Positions 15,229-28,810 of a DNA stretch of 64,000 nt are shown here, piece by piece (the stretch's first letter is position 1; every line of letters begins with the position of its first letter). The position numbers were made by a program, and so were the translations under genes. The notes beneath the pieces were generated by a model. That model worked only from the letters and a program-made list of their open reading frames with translations, searched no databases and was not told the DNA's origin. The DNA comes from the human T2T-CHM13v2.0 reference genome, Homo sapiens. The stretch lies in NCBI RefSeq assembly GCF_009914755.1, contig NC_060939.1; one strand, given 5' to 3'.

Positions 15229-15948
15229 AGAAGTGTTAACAGCTCCAAATAAGTAAGAGTAACTGTCCACTCCCTGCAGTTGTTCCCACTGAGCCTCTGG
15301 TGGCCCCACCCCAATCCCTATGGGGTCTAGAAAGAGTGCCCCGGTCTCCCTGGTCCTTCGCTGATGATGGGGGGTGGCAGCTCTCTGGCCGGCCCTCGGC
15401 CCTCGGCCCTCGCCTCTCGCCTGTTAGGTACCCTGGACTTCTCCACATCCTTCCCCACCCCTTCTCGCCTCTCCCACAGGAGTCTGCAGGACCAGGCCAG
15501 CAGGTGGCTCAGCTGAGCATCTGCAGACACAGCACACCGACCCCACAGAGAAAAGGCACTCCCAGACCACTGTCACAGAGAGCTCATGTCGGGGGCGCGA
15601 GGGGCTGAGAGGGGCCAGTCACAAGTCAGGCAAGTCCATACAGGGACACAGAGAGCAGGCAGAGGTCAGGGCAGCTGTGGATGACTCGGGGCGTGACTGA
15701 AATGCATGAAAGGATGGTTCAAGAACAGCCCAGCAGCTCCCCTCTGCCCACCACGGGAGGGTCTTCACTATCAGTGAGGAATTAAGACTGCAGGCAGCGA
15801 AGCCCCCTCCCCACCGGAACCTTGCAGGGCTCCCTCGAGGGGCCACCACTCCTATCACAGCCACTGTCCTGCTCATCCCAGTGACCTTAGGGGCCCCACC
15901 CCCCTGCAAGTCCTGCTCACTGGCAAGCCTAGCTTGGAGGCAACGCTC

Positions 15949-17624
15949 GGGGCAAAGCCAGAGGGTCCTCCCCAGGCCTTCTGTGCAGACCTCTGCGAAG
16001 AATCCTGCTCAGCAGTAGATATTTATTGTATTTTAATATCAGGGCCAAAAGCTACAGTTCGCTTTTCAGTTAAGTAAATGTGTATTCACTAAAGGGTTTT
16101 AAAACCTTTTTCCTGAAAAAAATGTTCTAGACCATCAAATGCCTTTTTATATTGTTAACTTTTACTCATTTAAAATGCATGTTTTCTAAGCCACATTTTA
16201 CACACTTTTCTATATAGACAACTCTCAATTAATTCCCTAAGCCAAACCCAGAAATGTTTAACACACACTTTATTGACACTAAGGCACAAATGATGAGTGG
16301 CCTCTAGTGTTACCCACAACCATCTGCTTTCTCAGCAGCACTGGCACCTGGTGCTGACAGCCCCTCACCCACCCCCATCTCCCATTCCCCATCCCAGAGC
16401 AGGCAAGAGGGGAAGTGGATATTGGGAATCCTGAGAGAGCAGGGATTTGGGGCAAGCAGTAACCAGAGAAGGGAAGCCATAGCCCTTCACCCTCGTCAGC
16501 TCCCAGAAGCCTCTGAAACACCAGGAAGGAGGCCTCATGCCACATGGTATGGAATGGGGCTCAACTAATGTGATGTGGCGAATAAGCAGAACACGGGCTG
16601 CTTGGCTGTTTCATCTGCTTCTGTTTTCTTGGTAGTATCTGGCCTATCAGAGACAATTATACCACACCACAGTCACAGTCCTACCTGCCTCTGAGTCCTA
16701 AGTGCAGATTCTTAAGAAGAACAGACGGGAATCCTTTAGCGTCACAGGGTAGGTGTGAGTCTGCGCTCCAGGCTCCAGAGATGCTTCTGCAAGCATGCTG
16801 CCCAAATCCACGTCTTTTCTGCTACTGGGAGCTCTCTCATCTTTAAAATACAGAATGCATTTCTCATATCTGAAGGAATATATTTAACTGGTGTCTCAAC
16901 ATAACACTTAAAGCAAAACCCAAAAGCAGAGGGTGGGGGGTTGGGGGGAGTAAAGAGCAGCCATATCCCAGTGGAGGGGCAGGAGGAAGAGAAAGAAGGC
17001 CTCAGGAGACCTGGTCAGGCCGGCTGAGCGGCAGGGGATGCAGGACAAGCAGGCAGAAATGAGTGGAAAAGCTGAGAGAGGCCGAGAGGAAATTAAACCG
17101 GAGGAGGCAGAGCCAAGTAACGAGCAAACATGAAAGGAAATGCCTCCCTGCTTCCTGCCCTTTCTAAAATCACCTCGAGGCAACTGACCACAAATAGTCT
17201 TCTATCACAATAAAAAAGGAGATCAGAAATTTCCCGGCTGTTTAGTGGCCTGCCAATGCCACACCACAGTCACCGGCCTTCACTGAACACCCCGGTGCAG
17301 GGGGAGAGAATGTAATAACTTCTTAAGAATCTGCACTTAAGCCTCAGAGGCCGGTAGGACTGTTACTGTGGTGCAGTGATCACGGTGCTGCAAGGCACGG
17401 CAGGACAATTTCACAGCCCTGTCCTGGAAGTGGCGGAGGGGAGGAGGACTGTGCCTCACAAGCAGTGTACTAACCCAGGGATGAAAAGCACACATTTACT
17501 TAACTGAAAAGTGAACTGTAGCTTTTGGCCCTGATATTAAAATACAATAAATATCTACTGCTGAGCAGGATTCTTCGCAGAGGTCTGCACAGAAGGCCTG
17601 GGGAGGACCTGCTAGCTTTGCCCC
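15949..17624. repeat. Nested inverted repeat: outer arms 15964-16083/17490-17609 and inner arms 16665-16719/17319-17373
   Basis: Manual reverse-complement alignment gives 119/120 and 51/55 identity; outer arms extend ~15 bp imperfectly. Confidence 0.95.
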
Positions 17625-17759
17625 AGCAAATACAGAGCATAGACACCCCCACCGGCCAGAGTGCCCTGGGCTGGGCTGCACACTTCCTGTTGATTTCTTG
17701 TCCAATTATCTCAATAATACATCCTCAAGGAAGGAAGTGGAGAACACACAGAAAAGAAG

Positions 17760-18560
17760 AAAAGAAATAACGTATATCACCACCAGGAAATAACCACTGC
17801 TGCTAATATTTTGATGTGTTTCCAATCAGACTTTTTTTTTGTACATGCACATTGTACAAAATTGGAATCCTACTGTATAGCAGGAATCTTGCTGTGTTCA
17901 TTTAAAATAACATGAGACCTTCTCCAGGCCACTGAATATTCTTTGAAAGCACGGTTTTAATGGCCACAGAATCTGGGAATGACATAGTATAACCACCCTG
18001 CTATTATTAAGATATTCAAGCTGCATCCAATTTTCAACTATGATAAGTAAAGCTTCAGTGAGTCTCTTTACATACAAATGATACTGACATCTCCGATTTT
18101 AATATAAACCCTTAGAAAGAGGATGATTGAGTCAAAGGTCACAAACACTTCTTTTCCAGAAGGTTCCATCACTTGACATTTCCTCCACTGGAGTATGAGA
18201 GTATTCATCCTCCAGCACTCACCCATACTGAGAATAATTATGAGACTGCACCAGTTTGGTGGACCCAAAAACAAAAAAGAATTTTTTAAATTTGCATTTC
18301 TCTGATTACTTGTGAGGTTTGGTACTTTTCTATTTGCCTTTTATTTTTCTTCAGTGACTTGCCAACTAGAGTCCACTGCAGATTTTTTCCATTTGATGTT
18401 AATGTTTTCTTATTGATTTATGACTGCTTTTAGTATAATAGGGATGGATTGGCAGGTGGACAGCGTATGTCCTGATTTACCAATTCTGTTGATGCTGTTT
18501 GACACACACAGGATGCTAATGGATGTGTGGTCAATTGTATCAATCTTTCCCCTTATTATG
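17760..18560 (-). mobile_element. Old L1ME-type fragment
   Basis: Degenerate antisense L1 3' motifs (ttttaatggcc...attattaagatatt...tttgcatttctctgattact). Confidence 0.6.
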
Positions 18561-18710
18561 ACTTCCATTGCAAGTAGAGTGTCATGGCCCTTCAGCCTGG
18601 GATCCAGACTCAGCTCCCCCACTCACTATCTCAGTGACCCTCTCTTTGCCTCAATTTCCTTGATTGAACGTGCAGGATAATGAGAATGCATTTAATCCAT
18701 ATAGTTAGTA

Positions 18711-19026
18711 TGTGGCACACAGCCTCAGAGATGGCCCCAATGCCCCCCACCTCCTATAATGGCATTCACATGTGATCCCTGCAGGTCCAGCCAGCAGGGG
18801 CCAGGGCCTGCGAACAGCCACGGAGTGAGCTTGGAGGTAGATACTCCCCAGTGGTCCCTGGAGATGACGCAGCTCCAGCCAACACTTAGTGAGATCCTCA
18901 GCCAGAGGCAACCTGCAAAGCTGTGCCAAGATTCCTGGCCCACAAAACTGGGAAGTAATACACATTCGTTGCTGTAAACTGCTACATTTAAGGGTGATTT
19001 GCTATGCAGCAGGAGATTACTAATGC
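18711..19026 (+). mobile_element. MLT1 MaLR LTR inserted in a MIR
   Basis: tgtggc...gatggccccaatg...agattcctggcccacaaaact...gctatgcagca. Confidence 0.7.
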
Positions 19027-19057
19027 ATTATACACGTAAAGCACTTAGAACAGTGGC

Positions 19058-19547
19058 TGTGGCAGATCACACAAAAAAGGCCTAACACGTTGACAGTCCT
19101 CCCATGGAAAGAGGAAATCCGTCTCCACCTGGGGTAGCTCAGCTTGACTGTGTGATTTGCTCTGACCAATGGAGCTGTGGCAAACGTGAAGTCACCTACA
19201 CACAGGAGCCTGCCTCTTACAACTCCTGAAACTCTGCTGTCTCCATGTGAAGAAGCCCAGCCTGCTGGGGGATGAGACTACAAAGCCCATCACCCCTGCT
19301 CACCCCAGTTTACAGGCAGCCATCCTGACAATGCAGCCCATCACCCCTGCCCGCCCCAGCTTACAGGCAAGCCATACTAACCATGTGAGGCCATCAATGC
19401 ACGACCATGAATGAGCTCAGCAAAGAGAGCCACCCAGCCAAGCCCAGCCTGAATTTCCAACCCAAATCACCCACTGAGTAAGTAGTTGCTGGTAGAAGCC
19501 ACTATGTTCTGGAATAGTTTGTTACACAGCATTTGATACCTAATACA
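19058..19547 (+). mobile_element. MLT1F/G-type LTR with ~51-bp internal tandem duplication
   Basis: tgtggcagat...ccatgtgaagaagcccag...gtttgttacacagca...taataca; duplicated agcccatcacccctgc unit at ~19284-19385. Confidence 0.7.
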
Positions 19548-19759
19548 GCTGCCATTATTACTACTATTATTGTCTTGGGATCAGTTACATGATCATACAT
19601 ATTTCTTAACAGTATATTTATGCTTTTACTTTTTAATCCATAGGAAACTTATTTTTGTGTATGATATTAGGTGAGGACCTAACAATGTTTTGCCACACAG
19701 CCAGTTCTCCCTTCTCCATAAAACTGCAACACCTTGTTTTCACATATTAGAATCCAGAG

Positions 19760-20288
19760 CAGGGGCTCCCAACCCCCAGGCCACCGACCAGTATCAGTCC
19801 ATGGCCTGTTAGGAATCAGGCCGCACTGCAGGAGGTGAGCAGTGGGCAAGTGAGCGAAGCTTCATCTGTATTTACAGCTGCTCCCCACTGCTTGTGTTAC
19901 CACCTGAGCTTTGCCTCCTGGCAGATCAGCAGCAGCAGCAGATTCTCATAGGAGCATGAACCCTATTGTAAACTGTGCATGTAAAGGATCTAGGTTGTGG
20001 CTCCTTATGAAAAGCTAATGCCTGATGATCCGTCACTATCTCCCATCATCCCCAGATGAAACTGTCCAGTTGCAGGAAAACAAGCTCAGGGCTCCCACTG
20101 ATTCTACATTATGGTGAGTTGCATAATTATTTCATTATATAGTACAATGTAATAATAACAGAAATAAAGTGTACAATAAACGTAATGTGCTTGAATCATC
20201 CTGAAACCATCCCCACCCCCTCCCTGTCCATGGAAAAATTGTCTTCCATGAAACCAGTCCCTGGTGCCCAAAAGGCTGGAGACTGCTG
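19760..20288 (+). mobile_element. MER1A hAT-Charlie DNA transposon, full length
   Basis: caggggctcccaacc ... ggctggagactgctg termini, 529 bp, degenerate 8-bp TSD atccagag/atgtagag. Confidence 0.9.
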
Positions 20289-22090
20289 ATGTAGAGAATT
20301 TGGTGATATCATTTCCAGTGATCATTTCTATTGGTATAGTATTAATAGTAAATCTTGACCCAATACCATACAGCTGGTTTGTTTTCATTTTGTCAGGATA
20401 ATACTGCATGTTCTTTCCACTGAGGCATGGCAGGAGAAATGCTCACTAATCTGACTGCATGGAAGAGGAGGGGTAGTGAAGTTGCTGGGGCAGGTGCAGG
20501 AGGAGAGGGAGAGCAGCAACATGAATCAAGAGACAGACACAGTCACAGTCACCAAAGGGATGGGGGTGACGTCAAGGCTATTTTTTGTCTGAAACAGAAA
20601 CAAAACCTGCCCTAACTTTCTAAGTCAGTCGGCTGCCAAATTCCACAAGCTGATTCTGAGCAGGGCACTAGGCCCTGTGAAGGGGTTGGCAAGGTGCAAG
20701 GAGCATGTGGGACAGTGCCCCCTCCCAGGTGTTCACAGCCGCAGAGGGGAGACAGTGCCACCTACGAAACCCTGGAGAAAATATGTATAAACCAAGATGA
20801 ACACAAATTAATATAATACAAATAATATAGAACGGAAGGAGAGCTTAGAAGCCCCACAGGTCAATCATGGATGGCTACTTGGAGGAAAGTTTTCAGATCC
20901 TGAGGAGTAAGATCAGCAAAGAGTGGTGTGTGCAAAGGCAGGAGGCTGGAACACATAATTCATGTGGACTCATCAGTTACTTGGTTAGCGTAAAAAGTCT
21001 ATAAACAGGTACACTATGCAGTGAGGCTGATGAAGGCATAGGGGCCAATCTGATGGAAGATCTTCAGTGTTAGGTCTGGTCTTCAAGAGAAATGAGCAAA
21101 CAATGTGTGTTTTTAGGTAATAAGAGTAGGAAACTACAGGTTGTGCACCTTCACAGGGCCCCGTGTTCTTGACACGGTTCTGTGACATATGCAGCATTCC
21201 CCAGTGGCTCCAGCAGAAGGAACTGCCTTCCCTAGAATTCTCAAAAAGGAGCACGACTTCCCAAAGGAAAGGAAGCACAGAAGCCGGCATGGTTCCCAGG
21301 GGAAGATGCCTGAGAGGCCAGCCGGACCCCAGCCCTCTCACACATCCAGTCGGAATGTCCCTGCCCCTGCCATCACTTGGTGCAGAGCAGGCATGGGCCA
21401 GCTAAGAAAATGACGTCTTTGCTTATTTTCAAATTGTACTGAATAACAGCTTTGAGCCTCAACGTTTAGAAATGAAAATACAAGCATGAGCAAGGTCCTA
21501 GTCTAAGGATCCATCCACAGCTCTCAGGAGAGCAACATCTTCTGTGTCCCTTGCAGAGTCTTCCATGGTGGGAAGGGGCTGCACTGTGCAGGAAGGCAGG
21601 CCCTGGCCCTGGTGCCTGCTGGAAAGGGGCATCACGAGAGACAGGTGCTCGGGGCAGAGGCTCAGCTGCAGTCACAGAAGCCCTGAGGCTTGGACAGAGC
21701 CTGTCCTGTCAGCGCTGGCACCCGCTGCCAGGGCCCAGTTATACTGCCTGTTCCTTTGGCTGTGTTAATGAGGGCCTAACTAGCAGTGGAGGCCTCACTT
21801 CCCCATCAGCATGAAGCTGCTAAGTGTCCCCCAAAACAGTCGAAAGTGTCACACGGGAGAGACACACTCGAGAGAAACTTCTGCTGCCCCTTGGGTTCCA
21901 GATTTGCAGTTTGATTTTGCTTGCCTCCATCAAGGACCACACGAACCCCAAATTCCAAATAAGAACACTGCAGGCCAGTGGGAACCTACTGCCTGTAGCC
22001 TGCAGGATGAGGCACGGCTTCCTCACACCCGAACCAAGAGGACCAGCTGTCTCAGCCCACAGAGCCCAGGCCTGGCAAGGAGCTGGAGCC

Positions 22091-22563
22091 TGTATGAGTC
22101 AGGCCTCTCCACAGAAACAAAACTGATAGGACACATATATCAGAGGAAATTCATTATGGGAATTGGCTCACACAATTACAGAAGCTGAGAAGTCTTATGA
22201 TCTGCTCTCTGCAAGAGGAAGACCCAGGATAGCTAGCATGTCGGTCAGTCTGAGTCTAAAGGCCTGAGGACAGGGTCCAAAGGCCCAAGAACCAGGAGCA
22301 CCGATGTCCGAAGGCAGGAGAAAATGAATGTCCCAACTCAAGTAGAGACAGCAAATTTGCCCTTCCTGTGCCTTTTTGATCTATCTGGGCCCTCCACAGA
22401 TTGGAGGATGCATGCCCAAACTGGCAAGGGCAGATCTTCTTTCCTCAGTCTGCTGATTCAAATGTTTATCTCTTCCTGAAACACCCTCACAGACACTATC
22501 AGGAATAATGTTTTACCAGCACCCCTAGCCCAGGCAAACTGACACATAAAATTAACCATCGCA
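22091..22563 (-). mobile_element. MLT2 (ERVL) solo LTR
   Basis: Ends gacacataaaattaaccatcgca; gaattggctcacacaattacagaagctgagaagtc. Confidence 0.85.
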
Positions 22564-24045
22564 GAGCCACGGGCACGGTAGAGAAGGAAAGCAATCCTGA
22601 GCCCACCAAGCCCCCTACCCAATCCCTCCAGCTCTTCTCAAAGCCTCCCTGCCCCTCCTCCCAATTTTGGAGCTTCCGATCCCTGCCCTGGACTTGGAGG
22701 TGACCCAGGAGTGATGCACTAGAGATAAGCCAAGGTCATGGTCACGCCTCCTCTGGATCCTCAGTCGACCCAACTTCTCCAGCACCATAATGTCAAACAA
22801 TCATAGCTAATAGTACATTTTTATATGAAAAAGGAGGATTCTCTGCTGAGGATAACACATGCTTGAACACAAACGTTTTTTTCTGGTTTGTACTCACGTT
22901 CACTTTCAGCAGAATACGTCTCCTCTGACTCTTCAGGAAACCATTCCCTTTCCTTAATGGGGTAGTATTTTTTCCACAGACTCCTTGGTACATTTTCTGT
23001 TTGCTTTCCCTCACACAAAGGAGACTTATCCAGAGCTAGGACTTGCTAATGGCAGGCGTGGATTCAGCAGGTGTCCGGTGCTGATTCCCACATGTTCCCA
23101 GGCGCAGAGCAAGAGGAACAGACCCAATCTCCAGGGCAGGCAAACTTCACCAGGCCAGCTGCCACACAGGGTTGACAAGGGATTGTTCTGCACCCACTGA
23201 CTCTTTCTCCGACCCATCCAATCAACAGGGGTCCCAAGAAGCTAAGATTTCCATTATTTCCTGCTGCGGGGCTCAGCCAGCCTCCCGCACCACTCCATGC
23301 GTCCCCAGCCAGACTATCAGTCCTGGTCCTTCTGAGCAACCCAGCTGTTTCTTAAGAATGCAGTTTCAAAGAGACCTTCAAAGATGGGGTGCAAGGACAG
23401 TCATCTGGCCCATGGCCTGTGGAGAAGTGGCAGCTCTATGAAATCGTTGGTGTGACATTTCCTGGGAGGGTACATTTCCTGGGAGGAGAGATGAGTCCCA
23501 TCATCTGCCCTGAGGACAGGCACTCTTCTCTAGGGAGCAATGTAAGCAAGGCCAGTTCCACCATCCTCATAGATTATTTCTCACCCTTACTGTAAGAGGT
23601 CCTCAATTCTCCAGTCTTCACAGGTACAGTAGTTTAATCAAACTAGGAGTTGTACATGATGTTATATAAAGATTATCGCCAACAGCCAGTTATTATCCCT
23701 AACTCCCTCAGAGACTAACTACACTGACATTGAGAAACGTTAGGTGACTCTGCAGGGTTGTAAGCCAGGAGGGAGTGAAGCCAAGGTTTGCATAGTGCCT
23801 TGGCCTTCTCCTGTGAGCCCCACATGCAGCACAAACTTGGCCCAGAAAGCCCATGGACTCCCTTCTCACACTCTATGTGGGGAATCCAACCTTTGGGAGG
23901 TGACTCTTCCATTAACACAGCTTCTAATTCAGTTAATTACTTGACTTGATAGGTTAGTTCCCTTTGTTACTACAAACACCACTACCTGCAAGCTATGGTA
24001 ATATTATCATGCTTCATTAAAAGTTATCAAGTGATCTACTTTCTA

Positions 24046-24380
<335 letters not shown>

Positions 24381-24462
24381 GACAGCTATTTCAGACTAAG
24401 CCTTTAACTTTAAAAATATGAAACAATGTATGTGTCAGTTACGATTCTTAAATCATTATGTC

Positions 24463-24777
24463 TGCCTGGGTGCGGTGGCTCATGCCTGTAATCCCGACAC
24501 TCTGGAAGGCCAAGGTGGGTGGATCACCTTGAGGTCAGGAATTCGAGATCAGCCTGGCCAACATAGTGAAACCCCATCACTACTAAAAATACAAAAATTA
24601 GCCCGGCACGGTGGCGCGTGCCTGTATTCCCAGCTACTTGGGAGGCTGAGGCAGGAGAATCACTTGAGCCCGGAGGCGGAGGCTGCAGTGACCCGAGATT
24701 GTGCCACTGCACTCCAGCCTGGGCGACAGAGTGAGACTCTGTCTCAAAAAACAAAACAAAACAACAACAAGAAAAAA
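24463..24777 (+). mobile_element. AluS
   Basis: Full dimer with (CAAAA)n tail. Confidence 0.92.
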
Positions 24778-25555
24778 CACAATTCTTAAATCATCACATC
24801 TAACTGGAGTCAAGTCATTAACACATTTGAGAAATTTAGCAATAACAAAAAGATTATTAGGATTCTTCTAAGCTAACAATTCTAAATTCTAACTACAAAA
24901 CCAAATGTTCTGGCTTACCACAACAGAGAATAACATCCAAGCCACTATCACGTCTTTTCCAATTAGTAAGCCATTGGTGGTGTGAATAAAACCTAGAAGT
25001 CAATTTTCTACGAACTCTAGCAGGAAGAAAAGTGATTCAGCTTTACAGTTATCTTCTGACCTGTTTTTAGTCTTCATGTAACAAAAAGCTTGTCAAGTTA
25101 CAATTTTCTTATAGTGCCTCACTATAGAACATTTATTCTATACAAATGGGATTTTCTCAAGACAATAACTACGGCATCAACACGAGGATGACTGTAAGAC
25201 ATCAATATTTTATCTATTTTCATGGATGTTGGACATGCCCAACACTATCCCATTTTGTAAATGTATTGCCTTGCTCTGTGTGATGTTTGTGATAAATGTA
25301 GTGTCACAGAAAGCCTCCATGACTGTTATTTCCCTTCATTTTATAAATGCCAAGTTTATTTAAACCTACTGTCACATGACTTTGTTAACCAAATACAACT
25401 GTTGAAACTGTTCTAAAACAATGCTTATATCAGTATCAACACACCAGAAAACATGAGTTGCTTCTCAAAAAAATTTCTGATGGCCCAAAATATCCCAATA
25501 TTTTGCTCAAGAAAGGTAATTTTTCATTTGATGGTGTTGATTTTTATTATGATAA

Positions 25556-25887
<332 letters not shown>

Positions 25888-25889
25888 AT

Positions 25890-26445
25890 CATTTTCACCA
25901 GTTTTTAAGTGTATGGTTCAGCAGCATTGAGTACATTTACTGTGTTTGCAACCATCACCACCACCCATCTTCAGAACGTCTTCCAAGACTGAAACTCTGC
26001 ACCCACTGAACAACTCCCCATTCCTCCCTAGCCCCGTCCCTGGCAACCACCATTCTATTTTCTGTCTCTGTGGGTTTGACTACTCTATGTCCCTCATATA
26101 AAGTGAAGTCATACAGTTATTCGTCCTTTTGTGACTGACTTATTTCACTCAGCACCATGTCAAGGTTCATCCATGGTGCAGCATGTGTCAGAATCTCCTT
26201 CCTTTTTAAGGCTGAGTAATGTTTCATGACAGGTGTAAACCACATTCTGTTTACCCATTCTTCCATCAATGGACGCTTGGGTTGCTTCCATGTTTTAGCT
26301 ATTGTGAATCATGCTGCTATGAACATGGCTGTGCAAATATCTCTTTGAGCCTCTGCTTTCCATCCTTTGAGTATATACCCAGAAGTGGGATTGCTGGATC
26401 ACATGGTAATTCTGTTTTAATTTTTTGAGGAACCACTACTCTCCT
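25890..26445 (-). mobile_element. L1MB-type 3' fragment
   Basis: ggcaaccaccattcta...ttatttcactcagca...gtatatacccagaagtgggattgctggatcacatggtaattct. Confidence 0.85.
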
Positions 26446-26450
26446 TTGTT

Positions 26451-26750
<300 letters not shown>

Positions 26751-27789
26751 CAATTAAATTCCTCAAGATGAAAAGTGGTGGCCAAGTGTCTGGTGTACTC
26801 TGCAAGTTCTGAGAATCACTAGGAGTCCCATCACAACCTTTTCAGCAAAGCAATATTCTCTCTGGGCATGACCCCTATGTCCAGAGGACAGTGTCAACCC
26901 AACCAGGCTCTGGGCAGGTGGCTGTAGCTTATCACAGAAAAAAGAAATCCCACCAGTGAGAACCCTCTACAATAAAATCAGAAACAGACTCCTAAGATAT
27001 GTAGTTTCTACTCCTGTTGATAGTTTTTAAAAATAATGAAGGGTAGGAAGTTCCAGTTAATAGTGATAACTCGATCTTGTGCACCTACCTCTCTCCTGCC
27101 TCCTGAAACCTTGGACACACTCGGACAAGAAGATGAGGAGGTGCCTCCAGGGGCAGGAGAGTCCAACAGCCTTTTCAAAGCCTTAACATGGACATAGGAA
27201 TGGCGACTGAGATGGCAGGTACATGGAGGGGGAGTGACGAGGCTCAGGCTGATTCCCCTGCAGAACTTAGGAGCCTGTGGGTTGGAGCCACTGGGGCCCC
27301 AGGAGGCAGGCTGCAGAGACACCCACCAGGCTGGAAACCAGGGGTTGGAAAGAAGGCTTGGCCCAGGCACTTCCACCTGTCTCATGAAGCACTGTGACCA
27401 CACACCTCAGAGGATACTGAAACCCAGTCCCTGGAGAAAGTATCAGGAAAGGTTCAGCGGCCCAGGGCTGAGTTCAGCAACCGATCTTCACCAGGTCCAG
27501 GGGCTGCTTAGAGGATGGGAGTTTTCTAAAACTGGGCATGTGGCTGCACAATTATACAATGTATTAAAAAATCATTGAGCCGTAGATTTACAATAGGTGA
27601 ATAGGACAGTCTGTAAATTATACAGCAGCAAAACTTTAAAAATGCACAGATGAGAGAGAGACGGAAGTAACCAAAATACCAAGGAACTATCAATGTGGCA
27701 AGTTTTTGATTTTTTTTTCCTGCTACCCAACAAAATATGAGTCTGAGAACAAGATAAGGTGAATTATTTTAAAAAATAAGAAATGATTT

Positions 27790-28350
27790 CCATGTGACAC
27801 AGCAATTCCACTTCTGGGTACATACCCTAAATAACTGAAAGCAGGAGCTCGAACAGATATCTGTGCACCTATGTTCACAGCAGGATTACTCACAGTAGCT
27901 GCATGGTGGAAATAACCTAAGTGTCCATCAATGGCAGAACAGATATACAAAATGTGGCACAGACACACCGTGGAATATTATTTTGCTACAAAAAGGAGGG
28001 AAATATTGACACATGCTCCAACACGGATAAACCTTGAGGATGTTATGCTGAGTGAAATAAGCCAGCCATGAAACGACACATACTGCAAGATGCCACTCAT
28101 ATGAGTTGCCCAGAGTCATCAAATTCATTGAGATGGAAAGGAGAATAGGGGTTCCAGGGGCCGGGGAGAAGGGAGATCATGTTCAATGGGGACAGTTTTA
28201 GTTGAGGAAGAGGGAGTCTTCTGGAGATGGATTGCGGTGGTGGCTGCACAGCAATGAGAATGTACTTACTGCCACTGAACCGTACTCTTAAAAATGGCTA
28301 AGACGGTAAATGTTATGTTATAGATATTTCACCATGATACTAAAAAAAAA
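27790..28350 (+). mobile_element. L1MB-type 3' fragment
   Basis: cagcaattccacttctgggta...aaaatggctaagacggtaaatgttatgtta and A tail. Confidence 0.85.
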
Positions 28351-28589
28351 AGATAAGGAATGCTATTTTTGCACAGAAAAGAATAAAGGAAAAGAAGGAC
28401 AGCTGAGAAACGTGGAAGTGGGTGTCCCTGCAACTGGGGGCACCTGCACAGCATGGGGCAAGAACAGCCACTTTCATTACCAGCTTCTCAACACAATTTC
28501 ACTTTGACTCTGTTATATACTAGACAGATTTTTAAGCATTAATTTTAAAACATGATGGAGAGTGGCGGAGATGAAGAGAAAATCAAATC

Positions 28590-28810
28590 ATGGAAGCTAC
28601 ACACCAATAAGCCTGATGTCAATCACAGGCCAGATCTGAGAGGGGATTATCAGAGCAGAAGGCTCGTGAGTACTTCAGGAAGCAAGTGCCAGGCCAAATG
28701 CATCTTGATTTCTCTTTTAATAAGGTTATGAGATTGGCATATTAGAGAAATGCTGAGCAGATGAGGGCCTTTATTTCAGCAAGAAGTTAACACAGTCGCT
28801 CGTGGACCCT
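28590..28810 (+). mobile_element. L3/CR1 LINE reverse-transcriptase remnant
   Basis: Broken translation resembles CR1 ORF2: (R)PISLMSITGQI, LIS..NKVMRL, YFSK. Confidence 0.6.
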
